DNA from: a bacterium
Lineage (GTDB): Bacteria; Electryoneota; Electryoneia; Electryoneales; Electryoneaceae
Direction: 5' to 3'
Assembly: GCA_963675295.2 (NCBI GenBank)
Contig: CAXXKJ010000002.1
Coordinates: 992,001-1,056,000 of the forward strand
DNA length: 64,000 nucleotides
Of this stretch, positions 28,701 through 37,898 are shown one piece after another (the stretch's first letter is position 1; the number at the start of each line of letters is the position of its first letter). The position numbers were made by a program, and so were the translations under genes. The notes under the pieces were generated by a model that was given only the letters and a program-made list of their open reading frames with translations, did not search any database and was not told the origin of the DNA.

Positions 28701-29659
28701 TGTTCCAGTATGCGGATGTGAACGACCTCGGCAACGCGACGGTCGGTATCGAGTCGCCGGACGAGGAAGCCGGCCTCGGCCTGCTGTATTTCGACGCGGA
28801 TGGCGATGGTTCGTACGCGGAGACGGTGTCGACGATTACCGATGGCACCGCGATCCTGTTCTACGTGCCGCGTGCGACGGTGCAGGGTGCGGTTGCGCTC
28901 GACGTGCCAAACCCGGACATTGACATCACGGTCAGCTCGCCGTACGGTGAGATCCCGGTCAACCAGGACGGAACGTACAGCATCACGGTGATGCCGGCGA
29001 CGTTTGAGCTGGTCTATTCCGCGCCGGGCTACGAAACGGTTGATCGCCGCTTCAAGCTGAACGAGTACCAGACGGTGACGCAGCCGCAGGTGATGCTGGC
29101 GAAGCTGTATCCGCCGCAGAACCTGGTCTATCAGGATAACGGTGGCTCGATTGCGCTCAGCTGGGATGCGCCGGTTGGTGGTGCGGTCGAAGACTTCATC
29201 GGCTACTACCGTGTCTATGAAGACGGTATCGAGCAGGCGCTGGTTCAGAACCAGACGGGCTGGACGGATGATTCCCCGGGTGCGGACCCGAACTACTGGG
29301 TGACCGCGATATACGCCGGTGGTGAATCCGACAGTTCCAACCACGCGATCCCAGGCATGCTCGCCGGAATAGACGAGATGAACCTGCTGCCGGAAGAATT
29401 CGCGATCAGCGAAGCCTATCCGAACCCGTTCAATCCGTCCACCAGTATCGAGATCGCGCTGCCTGAGGCGAGCCTGGTGCAGGTTGCGGTGTACGACATC
29501 CTCGGCCGTGAGGTTGTGCGCCTGGCGCAGGGTGAACGCTACAACGCCGGTTACCACCGTCTCACGTGGGATGCCGCCAAGCACGCATCCGGTGTCTACT
29601 TCCTGCAGGTGCAGGCTGGACCGGAGAAAGCCGTGCGCAAGCTTGTGCTGCTCAAGTAG
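25745..29659 (+). CDS. Secreted S8 subtilase with accessory domains and CTD
   Basis: VYDGG (Asp), HPTHVAGT (His), FAAGN, SGTSMA (Ser); carboxypeptidase-regulatory-like, nidogen-like and FN3-like segments; AYPNPFN...RKLVLLK*. Confidence 0.93.
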   Translation: MRRTVVTGVALLLVVLWLTSGLTTVQAAPKTYRIDLPVRTFTPDANQLQFFQQRDVSQPQAVLIQFNSHPDQAAKRSLSSNGVHLQQYIGGGAWVAWLEANVESNALSSADVRWAGEYMPEDRVAPRVTSQEMPQWAVAGDEILLAVQFAKQLDESYGEALLAQLGAIAGDYVSPLNTWYTQISPDLVDELTQDPGVMAVDYIAPPMGMVNAGVRAAMHVDEVNNPPFDLRGNGVTVCVYDGGLVDISHPDFENRGTQGETGGISSHPTHVAGTVLGNGADPYRGMAPEATLISYEYESCNPYCLYDSPQDIFENYQEALQVHGAHIFTNSIGSNTASNGYDCDWEGDYELTSALLDSIVRGAVGEPVIVGFAAGNERGAGRCGTTYSTLGVPAGAKNVISVGASDDNDNMSSFSSWGPSDDGRIKPDVSAPGVSVVSCNSGGGYTTMSGTSMATPAVAGVNALLVEQWGISAMTEFPNPPTVKAILCNSAEDLFNHGPDYQFGYGRVDAVRAVETIQNFGYLESSVGDNGLVTQTFTVPAGLDVLKVTAAWADPPASYLATVTLINDLDLVLVDPSGIEYDPWILDWNNPSSPATTGTNVRDNVEQVEVMNPAAGQWTLRISGTDVPVGPQDFSVAANVPLAEGVMTITGTVTRQNGGQAIAGATVTVMGSGAGTVTDANGDYFMYLPVSETIQLKAEAPGFYYQHAYIIPEGQESEDIDFQLITRPLGQIAGIVRDSNGSPVVGATVTVEEIPLLNTTTNAQGRFQMLFPTGDVFTVTATDGSVTGQVEAYTNQGQSVNVSIFLLEDGDKITGPSEQVNYVAVQSTDNHVFSPTFNWRAIDPLEGGQGTRVTLTGEEDAVVIDLPFTVGYYGNDYTQLTVNENGFFCFGDVTGDDEPADYSNTEIPGSDGPPAMVAPFWEDFRAAETNLSYYHDATAGIFIVEWYDSRQWPDDGTRETFQVIFNDRDFPNPPPYLPHDENTRILFQYADVNDLGNATVGIESPDEEAGLGLLYFDADGDGSYAETVSTITDGTAILFYVPRATVQGAVALDVPNPDIDITVSSPYGEIPVNQDGTYSITVMPATFELVYSAPGYETVDRRFKLNEYQTVTQPQVMLAKLYPPQNLVYQDNGGSIALSWDAPVGGAVEDFIGYYRVYEDGIEQALVQNQTGWTDDSPGADPNYWVTAIYAGGESDSSNHAIPGMLAGIDEMNLLPEEFAISEAYPNPFNPSTSIEIALPEASLVQVAVYDILGREVVRLAQGERYNAGYHRLTWDAAKHASGVYFLQVQAGPEKAVRKLVLLK

Positions 29660-29695
29660 TTACGCTGACGTTTGCGTCAGATTGTCACAAAACGG

Positions 29696-29733
29696 GACGC
29701 CACGGTTCAATGAATCGTGGCGTCTTTGCTTTT
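29696..29733 (+). terminator. Intrinsic terminator
   Basis: GACGCCACGGTTC-AAT-GAATCGTGGCGTC-TTTGCTTTT. Confidence 0.75.
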
Positions 29734-30268
29734 CACAGAGCCCCCTCGTTCTCCCCGTGAAATCGAGACTTTTGGGACTTTCCACATCTTTGGGGAGTCG
29801 AACAAATTGAAAAGTTGACCAACCCGGAAACGCTGGTAAGGATTGGTATTACCAATTCGTTCGCATCCAGTTCGGTTCCAATGCCATGCTTGATTCTGGC
29901 CTGCCTTTTGCCCCCACGGTATGCAGAAGAAATGTTGTTCTGCCCTGATACGGTTGCCTGCGATAGTGTTTGCACGGGTGTTTCGGATGGATTACTCACA
30001 ACCCACCACACAAACCATCGAGTCACGGATGGATATCGCTCCGGAATCCGTACCACGTGAAGTCTTCCCGGCCTGGATTGCCGGGAAGATGCGGCTCGTT
30101 AGCTCGGCGGCGGCGAGCTTCACAACCGTTTGGTTGCACTTCATGTCCTGCGACTTCGGCAACAGCTCGGAAGCCGGGTTGGTCCGAATTCCGGTCACCT
30201 CCGAACAGGAGCGGTTCTACCGTCACGGGTAAGCGTTACAACGACACGGAAAACATCCTAAGAAGGAA

Positions 30269-31300
30269 TTGAGTGAAGCTATGACTGGACCCGGTGGACG
30301 CAAACGTCGCGTGATTGTGGTCGGAGCCGGCATCTCGGGCTTAATGGCCGCGCGTCACCTTGCGGAAGGGGGGATTGATGTCATCGTGCTGGACAAAGCG
30401 TCCGGTGTCGGCGGCCGTATGGCCACTCGCCGTATCGGAGACCTGCGTTTTGATCACGGTGCGCAGTTTTTCTACACCACCCATCCCGTGTTCCACCGTT
30501 ATGTTCAGGAGTGGGCCGAACAAGGCGTGCTACAGCCGATCGCTGCTGACGCGTTGATGCCCAGCACCAACGGCCACATCAAGCTCGCTCCGGAAGCCTG
30601 GCACGGTGTCAACGGTATGACCGACGTGCCGAAACTGTTGGCGCAACATGTGGATGTCCGGCTCAAGGAACGCGTGATGCGTGTGGACGTACGCCCCGGG
30701 GGATGGCGTCTGTGGACCGAATCCGCCAACGTGTACGAAGCGGATGGTCTCATCCTCACCCTGCCCGCGCCGCAGAGTGTTCAGCTCTTGCAGTACGTCG
30801 CCAATGTGCCGAAGGACCTGATGGCACGCCTCAGCGAAATCCGCTACCAGCCGATTTACACCCTGCTGATGCAATTATCCGGTCCCAGCGGATTGAATGG
30901 CACAGGCATGCTGCGTCTCGACAACGAAAACGTCAGCTGGATCCTCGACAACACCCGGAAGCTGGGCCAGGAAGCCGAATCGGCGGTGACGGTTCAGGCG
31001 ACGCCGAAGTTCTCGCTGCAACAGGTTGAGAATGCGTCAGACGCTGTCCTGCAGCAGGTGATCAAGTCCATTCAGCCGCATTTGAAGTCGGAGCCGGTGT
31101 CGACCACGTTGCACCGATGGCGCTACGCGTGGCCATTGAATCCGCTCGACGAGCCGGTGACGGCAAACATGCCCGCGCCGCTAGCGTTGGCCGGGGACGC
31201 TTTCAGCGGTGAGAAAATGGCTGGTTTCATGGTCGAGGCTGCCGCGTTGTCAGGCCTGTCGGCGGCCGCCAACGTGTACGAGATGCTCGCCAGCTTGTAA
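30269..31300 (+). CDS. Renalase-like NAD(P)/FAD-dependent oxidoreductase
   Basis: VVGAGISG, GGRMATRR, FDHGAQFF, HRWRYA, LAGD. Start TTG 30269 or ATG 30281. Confidence 0.9.
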   Translation: MSEAMTGPGGRKRRVIVVGAGISGLMAARHLAEGGIDVIVLDKASGVGGRMATRRIGDLRFDHGAQFFYTTHPVFHRYVQEWAEQGVLQPIAADALMPSTNGHIKLAPEAWHGVNGMTDVPKLLAQHVDVRLKERVMRVDVRPGGWRLWTESANVYEADGLILTLPAPQSVQLLQYVANVPKDLMARLSEIRYQPIYTLLMQLSGPSGLNGTGMLRLDNENVSWILDNTRKLGQEAESAVTVQATPKFSLQQVENASDAVLQQVIKSIQPHLKSEPVSTTLHRWRYAWPLNPLDEPVTANMPAPLALAGDAFSGEKMAGFMVEAAALSGLSAAANVYEMLASL

Positions 31301-31362
31301 CCGTCGGACCCTGTACTGTCATCTGGTGCAGATTCGTTCGTTCAATTCCCGTTGATTTTTCC

Positions 31363-31390
31363 AGCCCGCAGCCGCGGGCTTTTCTTTTTT
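31363..31390 (+). terminator. Intrinsic terminator
   Basis: AGCCCGC-AGCC-GCGGGCT-TTTCTTTTTT. Confidence 0.8.
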
Positions 31391-31904
31391 GCCTTCCTGG
31401 ATAGCTTGGACTGAATCCCCGATTTTCCGAAGTTGAGTCGCCTCTCCTTAATAGATAGAAAATCCCAAACCGTCCTCGCGTGAGCGAACCCCCTCAAACA
31501 CTCGTCGTACACCACTCAGAATTCGTCGTTTGGGATATTCGTTTTCTTCGACTCTTTTCGGACTCTTGGGAGAGAATGGATGAAAAAGAGGCGCTTGGCT
31601 CCGGGAGAACTCCGCTGTTTGGGATTATCGGTGTTAGGAAGATCTGAATAAACAAGTGCTTGCGATTAAAAACCCAAACATCCGCGATACACCGAAAACC
31701 CCAAAGAAAATTTGCTTTTGATAAAATTGAGCCGTATGTTTTATCAGAATCGCTGACGTACCAGCCCGGACGGTTGACCAAAATGCACCGGGTACTTTGA
31801 CAAGCACTTCGGATTTGTTGGAATCAAGTCGACCGAATCATCGACGGAAGTTAGAAACCAACCGTTCGAAGTCTTGGAGTTTTACGGAAAAGAGAGAGGG
31901 CACC

Positions 31905-33398
31905 ATGAAGACGAACCTGCGCACCTTTACCCTGATCATCACCCTGATCACCCTGTTTGTTTCGTCGGCGAGCGCTGACGATGCGATCCTGAACAATTTT
32001 GTCGGTGGCCGGATGGAGATGAACCTGTCCGCGGCCAGCCAGTTGCTTTCCGGCCCGGGCATCAGCTCGGCGACTACCGCTTCGGTGACGGCGACCCGTT
32101 CCGACCCCTTCGCCGTCTTCAGCAACCCGTCTTCCTGGATGATCGTGCGTGACGGCGCGGCGGTTGGTGTCTCGATCCAGCCGCGTCTGGCGATCAACAG
32201 TGTCCCGGGCGGGATTCAGAATTCCGTGAATGAGAGCGTCGATCAGGCGATTTCGGGTTATTCCCAGTCGAACAGCGTTGATTATCCGGAACTGGCTGGT
32301 TCGCTGGGTCGCACGACCAACCCGCTGGCGTCCGTCGCGGTGATCGTGCCGGTCAAGGACTGGCGTTTCGGCGCGGGTTATTCGAAGCCGTTCTCGCTGG
32401 ACCTGAGCGCGGTGCATGACGGGTTCACGCAGAGTGTGACCCAGGCGAGTGACAATCCGGCCGAATCGATTTCGCTAGACCTAGCGAGCCAGATGGACAT
32501 GAGCATGAATGCGGAAAGCCACCGTTTCCTGCTGGGCGCGGCACGTGAGTACGGACGTTGGAGCTTCGGCCTGAGCGCTTCCCGCACCTCGCTGGAACTG
32601 AATGTCAATGGTGGCTACACGGTGGACGGCGACGTGTCGGTGGGTGGCGACAGCTATTCCTTCAACAGCGGGGCCGATTCCTGGCACAACGACTTTGGCG
32701 GCGCGATCAACGGCAGCTACAAAGGCGCGTTCTACAACAGCCAGCTTGGCGCGACGCTGCAGCTTGGCAGCAATCCGGAAACGGCGTGGACGCTTGCGGC
32801 GAGCGCCTCGATCAACATCGGCGGCAACCTCAAGGGCTCGATGGAAGCGACGATTGACGAATACCTGCCGCTGAGCCTGAACGACAACGAAGCTTCCTTC
32901 GACATTGATCGTGTTGACGACATCAACCAGGTGACCCGCACCTACGAAAACACCTACTACATGGGTGATGAGCTGACGGTTGAGCTGCCGAGTTCGTTCA
33001 GCATCGGCATCGGCAAGCCGAACGGCCTGCGTCCGAACCTGACCTTGACGGCGTACACCGGCAACCTCGCGTACAGCCTGGATGTCACCGAGAAGCGCGT
33101 GCAGGACACCGAATACAGCACGAACACGTACGTGCGTGGCATCACCCCGAAGGCGTCCGCCTACCTCGGCTTCAGCCCGGGCGTGTTCTTCCTGGGTGCT
33201 GGCATGACCTACGCCGAAGACCTGGTGGCTGGTTACACCGATGATGGCGGTGCGGAGCTGAGCGGTGGCACGGAAGTCTACATCCCGCGCTTCGACCTCG
33301 GCATGATCCTGCCGCTGAGCAACCACCTGCGCGCCGAAGTGATGTTCGTCGGCCTGCCGGAAGACGCGCTGCGGATGGGTCTGATCTGGGAGTTCTGA
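31905..33398 (+). CDS. Outer-membrane beta-barrel protein, possibly FadL/PorV-like
   Basis: AGAGGG RBS, signal peptide ...SASA, alternating amphipathic strands, terminal LIWEF beta-signal, N-terminal SDPFAVFSNPS. Confidence 0.7.
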   Translation: MKTNLRTFTLIITLITLFVSSASADDAILNNFVGGRMEMNLSAASQLLSGPGISSATTASVTATRSDPFAVFSNPSSWMIVRDGAAVGVSIQPRLAINSVPGGIQNSVNESVDQAISGYSQSNSVDYPELAGSLGRTTNPLASVAVIVPVKDWRFGAGYSKPFSLDLSAVHDGFTQSVTQASDNPAESISLDLASQMDMSMNAESHRFLLGAAREYGRWSFGLSASRTSLELNVNGGYTVDGDVSVGGDSYSFNSGADSWHNDFGGAINGSYKGAFYNSQLGATLQLGSNPETAWTLAASASINIGGNLKGSMEATIDEYLPLSLNDNEASFDIDRVDDINQVTRTYENTYYMGDELTVELPSSFSIGIGKPNGLRPNLTLTAYTGNLAYSLDVTEKRVQDTEYSTNTYVRGITPKASAYLGFSPGVFFLGAGMTYAEDLVAGYTDDGGAELSGGTEVYIPRFDLGMILPLSNHLRAEVMFVGLPEDALRMGLIWEF

Positions 33399-33539
33399 GA
33401 AACGCTACAAAACACCATGCACACAGCATGATCCAAGTTCAGGGGAACCGCTGTTAGTTGGCATGCAAACCGGTTCCGAAGTACCAATGACAAGCGAGAT
33501 GATATGTAGCCGACATACTTCAGTACCCCCTCTCCTCGG

Positions 33540-33574
33540 CAACAGCCTCCGGCATGATTCACCGGAGGCTGTTG
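33540..33574. terminator. Hairpin between convergent genes, likely terminator
   Basis: CAACAGCCTCCGG-N9-CCGGAGGCTGTTG. Confidence 0.65.
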
Positions 33575-33640
33575 TGTCTCGGATAAGGCTGCAGGCTATA
33601 GGCTATGGGGTGCGAGCTACGGACAACGGTCAGTGGGTTG

Positions 33641-33717
33641 TTCACCGAGTACCGGGTGCCCAATAACGATTACCGGCAACTGACCACTGATTGCTGAATA
33701 CTGAGCACTGTCTACTG
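33641..33717. repeat. Degenerate heptamer tract (11 units)
   Basis: TTCACCG AGTACCG ... GCAACTG ACCACTG ATTGCTG AATACTG AGCACTG TCTACTG, overlapping the stop codon at 33712. Confidence 0.7.
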
Positions 33718-34227
33718 TCTTTTCACCGGCATCAGGTAACGGATTTCTTCGGCGGTGGCGTCATGAATTTCGAGAACCGGTGCGGGCAGCAAGCCGCGCG
33801 CACGGGCTTCGTTGCCGAGGCCCTTGTAAACTTTCCATTTGCCGAGCCGTGGCGACCAGTTGCCTCGGTAGGGAAACTTGGCGACAAGGAACTCGCCGCG
33901 TTGCCAGATCTCGCCGTCCTGACCGGCCAATTGCGGAAACTCGGTCATCATGGTATCGAGTGTGGTGAAGCGAACGAGCCGTACGGTCCCGTCTCCGTCC
34001 ACAATGCGATCATTGTAAACCGCGAGCGAGTCCGTGCCGATCACCGCGCCATCGTCCAGGATACGGCGATAGGCGAGCCCTTCGTCGAGGGTTTCGATGG
34101 TCTGCATCAGGAAGGGACCGGCGACGGCTTCCTCGAGGGTTGGTTTGGTCAGCAGGCCCTGAGGTGCGAGATACAGCAGCGCGAGGGTGATGATGAGGAT
34201 GATGGTCGCGACGATTCGTCCAAACAT
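33712..34227 (-). CDS. Membrane-anchored GyrI-like small-molecule-binding domain protein
   Basis: N-terminal TM helix from MFGRIV; C-terminal FPYR..S...G..KVY..L....PVLEIHD....IRYLMP resembles GyrI-like/TEX264-type proteins (from memory). Confidence 0.6.
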   Translation of the reverse strand: MFGRIVATIILIITLALLYLAPQGLLTKPTLEEAVAGPFLMQTIETLDEGLAYRRILDDGAVIGTDSLAVYNDRIVDGDGTVRLVRFTTLDTMMTEFPQLAGQDGEIWQRGEFLVAKFPYRGNWSPRLGKWKVYKGLGNEARARGLLPAPVLEIHDATAEEIRYLMPVKRQ

Positions 34228-34373
34228 GGTCGGGTTCTCACGTGGTGCACGAATGCGGGGCTGTGTGCCCCGTTGCCTGTTGCGAACGCCTATATTCCGC
34301 ATCATCATACGGATGCGGCGAATCTGCAAGATGAGCCGGAACGGAACGTTGAACCAACCCACCCGCGAGCTCC

Positions 34374-35468
34374 ATGGGGCTGAACCGAGAATTAATTGAA
34401 CGCCAGGTATCGCTGGCGAAAGAACGTTTGACTGAGGTCGAACGTGAGATGTCGGATGCGTCCGTCGTCACCGACCCGCGTGCGATGAGCAAGTTGGGGC
34501 GTGAACATCGTCGTCTCAAGGAAGTCATCGACGCTTCCGCCGATCTGGACAAGATCGAGCAGGATCTGAAGGGCGCACGGCAGCTGGTTTCCGACACGCC
34601 GGAAGAGGACGAGATGCACACCCTCGCGGCGGCGGAAGTCGAGGAACTTGAACCGCAATTTGAGGCGGCGGAGAACCGTCTGCAGTTGGCGTTAATTCCG
34701 CCTGACGATTCGGACGAGAAGACGGCGATCCTCGAGGTTCGTGCCGGCACCGGCGGCGAGGAAGCCGGGTTGTTTGCCGGGGACCTGTTGCGCATGTACC
34801 AGCGGTATTGCGAGCGCATGGGTTGGAAGATGGAAGAAATTTCCGTCAGCGGCAGCGACATGGGCGGGTTCAAGGAAGTCGTGGTCTCGATCAAGGGCGA
34901 GGGCTCGTACGGTCTGCTCAAGTTCGAGTCCGGGGTGCATCGTGTCCAGCGTGTCCCGGCCACCGAATCACAGGGCCGGATCCACACCTCCGCGGCGTCG
35001 GTCGCTGTGTTGCCGGAAGCGGAAGAGGTGGACGTCGAGATCAACGAGGGCGATCTGCGCATTGATACCTTCCGGGCCTCGGGCGCGGGCGGGCAGCATG
35101 TAAACAAGACCGAATCAGCGATCCGAATCACGCATTTGCCGACCAATGTCGTGGTCTCGTGCCAGGACGAGAAGAGCCAGCACAAGAACAAGGCGAAGGC
35201 GATGCATGTGCTGCGTTCCCGGTTGTATGAAAAAGCGCTCGAGGAAGAGCGTTCGAAGCGGTCGGAAAGCCGTAAGTTGCTGGTCGGTTCCGGCGACCGC
35301 AGTGCAAAAATCCGCACCTACAATTTTCCCCAGGGCCGGGTGACCGATCACCGGATCAACCTCACCCTGTATCGTCTCAGCGAAGTTCTGGACGGCGATT
35401 TGACTGACCTGATCGACGCCCTGCGCCTGCGTGATTCCGAGGACCGGCTGCGGGAAGGAGTCTCGTGA
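34374..35468 (+). CDS. prfA: Peptide chain release factor 1
   Basis: [12 protein letters not shown] (PxT), [24 protein letters not shown]. Confidence 0.98.
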   Translation: MGLNRELIERQVSLAKERLTEVEREMSDASVVTDPRAMSKLGREHRRLKEVIDASADLDKIEQDLKGARQLVSDTPEEDEMHTLAAAEVEELEPQFEAAENRLQLALIPPDDSDEKTAILEVRAGTGGEEAGLFAGDLLRMYQRYCERMGWKMEEISVSGSDMGGFKEVVVSIKGEGSYGLLKFESGVHRVQRVPATESQGRIHTSAASVAVLPEAEEVDVEINEGDLRIDTFRASGAGGQHVNKTESAIRITHLPTNVVVSCQDEKSQHKNKAKAMHVLRSRLYEKALEEERSKRSESRKLLVGSGDRSAKIRTYNFPQGRVTDHRINLTLYRLSEVLDGDLTDLIDALRLRDSEDRLREGVS

Positions 35469-35484
35469 TCCGGGAGGCAGGCCA

Positions 35485-36432
35485 GTGACGCGCGCGGAAA
35501 TCATCAGGGACAGCACCTACCGTTTGCATGAGGCAGGCTGGGAGGATGCGCGCAACCTCGCCGAACTGTTGCTGATTCACGCGATGGGCGTGGAACGGTA
35601 CCACATTTACCTCAACCCGCACCAACCTGTCGGCGGCCGGCAGAAGCAGGTTTTCGACCGCATGCTCGCCCGCTCGTTGAAGCACGAACCGTTGGAATAC
35701 ATCACTGGCCAGGCTGAATTTTTCGGTCTCGAGCTGGAAATTCATCCGGGGGTGTTGATTCCGCGTCCGGAAACCGAGCTGCTGATTGACCATGCGAAGC
35801 GGGTATCCGGTGACGGTGTCCGCCGTGCGATGGAAATCGGTTGTGGTTCCGGGGCGCTGACCCTGGCGTTGTTCGAGCAGCGGATCGCGCAGGAAGTGGT
35901 TGCGGTGGACATCTCGCTGCAGGCGATTAAAACCACGGCGACGAATGCCAGCCGCTACGGCTTTTTCAAGGTCGATCCGAAGAAGGACGAACGTGCCTCG
36001 GAACTGCCGGACAATGCCGTGCTGTACCAGCGCAGGTCGCTCGATCCATTGACAAAACGGGAACACATCGACCGGCTGTGGTTGATTCTCGGGGATGCGT
36101 TCAGCGTGACCTTCCGTCCGCCGATTCATCCCGTGCCGTTGATATTGTCCAATCCGCCGTACGTGACGCTGCAGGACTGGGAGAATTTGCCGCCGCACAT
36201 CAAGGATCATGAGCCGAAGGAAGCGTTGATTGCCGGCGAGGATGGGTTCGACATTCACCGCAAACTGACACGCCGGCTGAAGAATTGGCTGTCGACCGGG
36301 GGCGCGTTTGTTGGTGAGATCGGAGCAGGACAGGGTGAAGAGGTGGTGAAGCTGCACCAGAGTTGGGCGAAACGGGTGGAACTGCACCAGGACTACGCCG
36401 ATCTCGACCGGATCGTGATTGCGTTCAAGTGA
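35485..36432 (+). CDS. prmC: Release factor glutamine methyltransferase
   Basis: EPLEYITG, VLIPRPETE, EIGCGSG, SNPPY; follows prfA; GTG start after GGGAGG. Confidence 0.93.
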   Translation: MTRAEIIRDSTYRLHEAGWEDARNLAELLLIHAMGVERYHIYLNPHQPVGGRQKQVFDRMLARSLKHEPLEYITGQAEFFGLELEIHPGVLIPRPETELLIDHAKRVSGDGVRRAMEIGCGSGALTLALFEQRIAQEVVAVDISLQAIKTTATNASRYGFFKVDPKKDERASELPDNAVLYQRRSLDPLTKREHIDRLWLILGDAFSVTFRPPIHPVPLILSNPPYVTLQDWENLPPHIKDHEPKEALIAGEDGFDIHRKLTRRLKNWLSTGGAFVGEIGAGQGEEVVKLHQSWAKRVELHQDYADLDRIVIAFK

Positions 36433-36450
36433 TGTGAAGGCACGAAAAAA

Positions 36451-36510
36451 AAAGTAAAAGAAAGTAAAAGACAGGAAAAGAGAGTAAAAGACAGGAAAAG
36501 AGAGTATAAA
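36451..36510. repeat. Purine-rich decamer tandem repeat (6 units)
   Basis: AAAGTAAAAG AAAGTAAAAG ACAGGAAAAG AGAGTAAAAG ACAGGAAAAG AGAGTATAAA. Confidence 0.8.
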
Positions 36511-36512
36511 AA

Positions 36513-36542
36513 ACTTACCACGGACTTAAGTCCGTGGTAAGT
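36513..36542. repeat. 30-bp perfect palindrome (REP-like), copy 2
   Basis: ACTTACCACGGACTTAAGTCCGTGGTAAGT. Confidence 0.9.
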
Positions 36543-36564
36543 GTGCGATTCGGATGTATATTGT

Positions 36565-36662
36565 CCTCAAGCCTCAAGCCTCAAGCCTCAAGCCTCAAGC
36601 CTCAAGCCTCAAGCCTCAAGCCTCAAGCCTCAAGCCTCAAGCCTCAAGCCTCAAGCCTCAAG
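36565..36662. repeat. Perfect heptamer microsatellite (CCTCAAG)14
   Basis: 98 bp, ending directly against the stop codon at 36663-36665. Confidence 0.97.
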
Positions 36663-37784
36663 CTAGTCGCTCATCCACACCACATAGCGAGTGTCGCCAA
36701 CATCCTCATGCAACACCGTCGTCACGCCGGCCAGATCGGTTTTCACGATGTTATACATTCCGTCATCGGTGCGCACGGTCAAAGCCAACTCGTTGCTGTC
36801 GGGGTTCCATGCTGGTTCCGCCCACAGCTTGTCGCTGCCGATGGGGAAGATGTAGGTGTCGTCGTGGAACACCTGCTGGAAGGCGTCGTCTCCGAGGTCG
36901 TACACGACCAGCTTGCCGGTGGTACCCGCCGCGCCGGTGAAGAAGGCGATCTTGGTGCCGTCCGGACTCCAGGCGAGAGCGGAGACGCCGGTGCCGAATT
37001 CACTGAAGTCAGCTCGCCACTGTTCGTTTTCCAGGTCGTCATCGTAGAAGATGATTTCGTTCTGCTCTTCCGCATCGATGAACGCGATATAGTCGCCATC
37101 CGGGTCCATGGAGGCCGCCTGAACCGGAGTGGTCACCGAGCCCAGGATCTCGCCTTCATTGCTGTAACAAACCAGCTGCGTGTCCTGCGTGTCCATGTTT
37201 TCGATCATCATCACGATGCGGCTCTTGCTGCCGGAAATGTAGATCGCGGGGCGTCCGTAGTAGCGTTCGCCACTACCGAGAGCGGCCAGTTGGACCACCG
37301 TACTGGTGGTTACGCCAGCCAGGATCAGCTCGTGGTCCGACCCCATCTCGCGGACGTACACCAGGCGCGATCCACCGCTGGACAGCGCGTACAGGTTCTC
37401 AACCGCTTCTTCACCGTCGAAGTAGCTGGTGGTTTCCTCGCCGTCCTCGTTGATCACATACAGCATGTTCGTATCGAGGTCGTACGCGACCACGTCTGCA
37501 TTGGTCTCAGTCGCAGTCTGGCTGAGGATGAACCCGAATCCGAGGTCAGACACCACGCCATTGAGGCCGATGCCGGGGAAATACATCGGATCGGCGTTGC
37601 TCTGGACAGACGAAACGGTTGCCAGATTGCCGCTGCCATCATCGAAAAAGATTTCGCCAAAGGGCGGGCCGTAATCCAGACCGCCTCCCCCTCCGCCAGC
37701 CGGTGAACTTCCGCCGCAACCCGCAAGCATCGCGGTGAAGAGTATGAACAGTGCGATGGTGAAGATTGAGTCCTTGCGTCCCAT
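36663..37784 (-). CDS. Lipoprotein with TolB/PD40-like beta-propeller
   Basis: GAGGAG RBS, lipobox LAGC, Gly linker, LAWSPDGTKIAF and PAWNPDS repeats. Confidence 0.85.
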   Translation of the reverse strand: MGRKDSIFTIALFILFTAMLAGCGGSSPAGGGGGGLDYGPPFGEIFFDDGSGNLATVSSVQSNADPMYFPGIGLNGVVSDLGFGFILSQTATETNADVVAYDLDTNMLYVINEDGEETTSYFDGEEAVENLYALSSGGSRLVYVREMGSDHELILAGVTTSTVVQLAALGSGERYYGRPAIYISGSKSRIVMMIENMDTQDTQLVCYSNEGEILGSVTTPVQAASMDPDGDYIAFIDAEEQNEIIFYDDDLENEQWRADFSEFGTGVSALAWSPDGTKIAFFTGAAGTTGKLVVYDLGDDAFQQVFHDDTYIFPIGSDKLWAEPAWNPDSNELALTVRTDDGMYNIVKTDLAGVTTVLHEDVGDTRYVVWMSD

Positions 37785-37839
37785 GCTATCCACTCCTCGC
37801 TGTCGTCTCATCTCGAATGGACGTCGTCCGATCTTGACC

Positions 37840-37870
37840 AAAACAAGCCCGGACCAAATGATCCGGGCTC
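37840..37870 (-). terminator. Intrinsic terminator after the C25 gene
   Basis: Minus strand AGCCCGGATCA-TT-TGGTCCGGGCT-TGTTTT; similar in sequence to the 9380 hairpin. Confidence 0.7.
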
Positions 37871-37898
37871 ACAATATAGCGTGTTGTAACGTCAATAC

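Noticed and set aside
29921-30272. Small ORF(s) between the S8 gene and the oxidoreductase
   Set aside because: Several overlapping frames, no clear RBS or motif. A real small protein from about 29987 cannot be excluded but is unsupported.
36534-37706. ORFs with LKPQASS repeats (and QVSSLKS at 50783-51097)
   Set aside because: Translations of the heptamer microsatellites that overlap real genes on the opposite strand.
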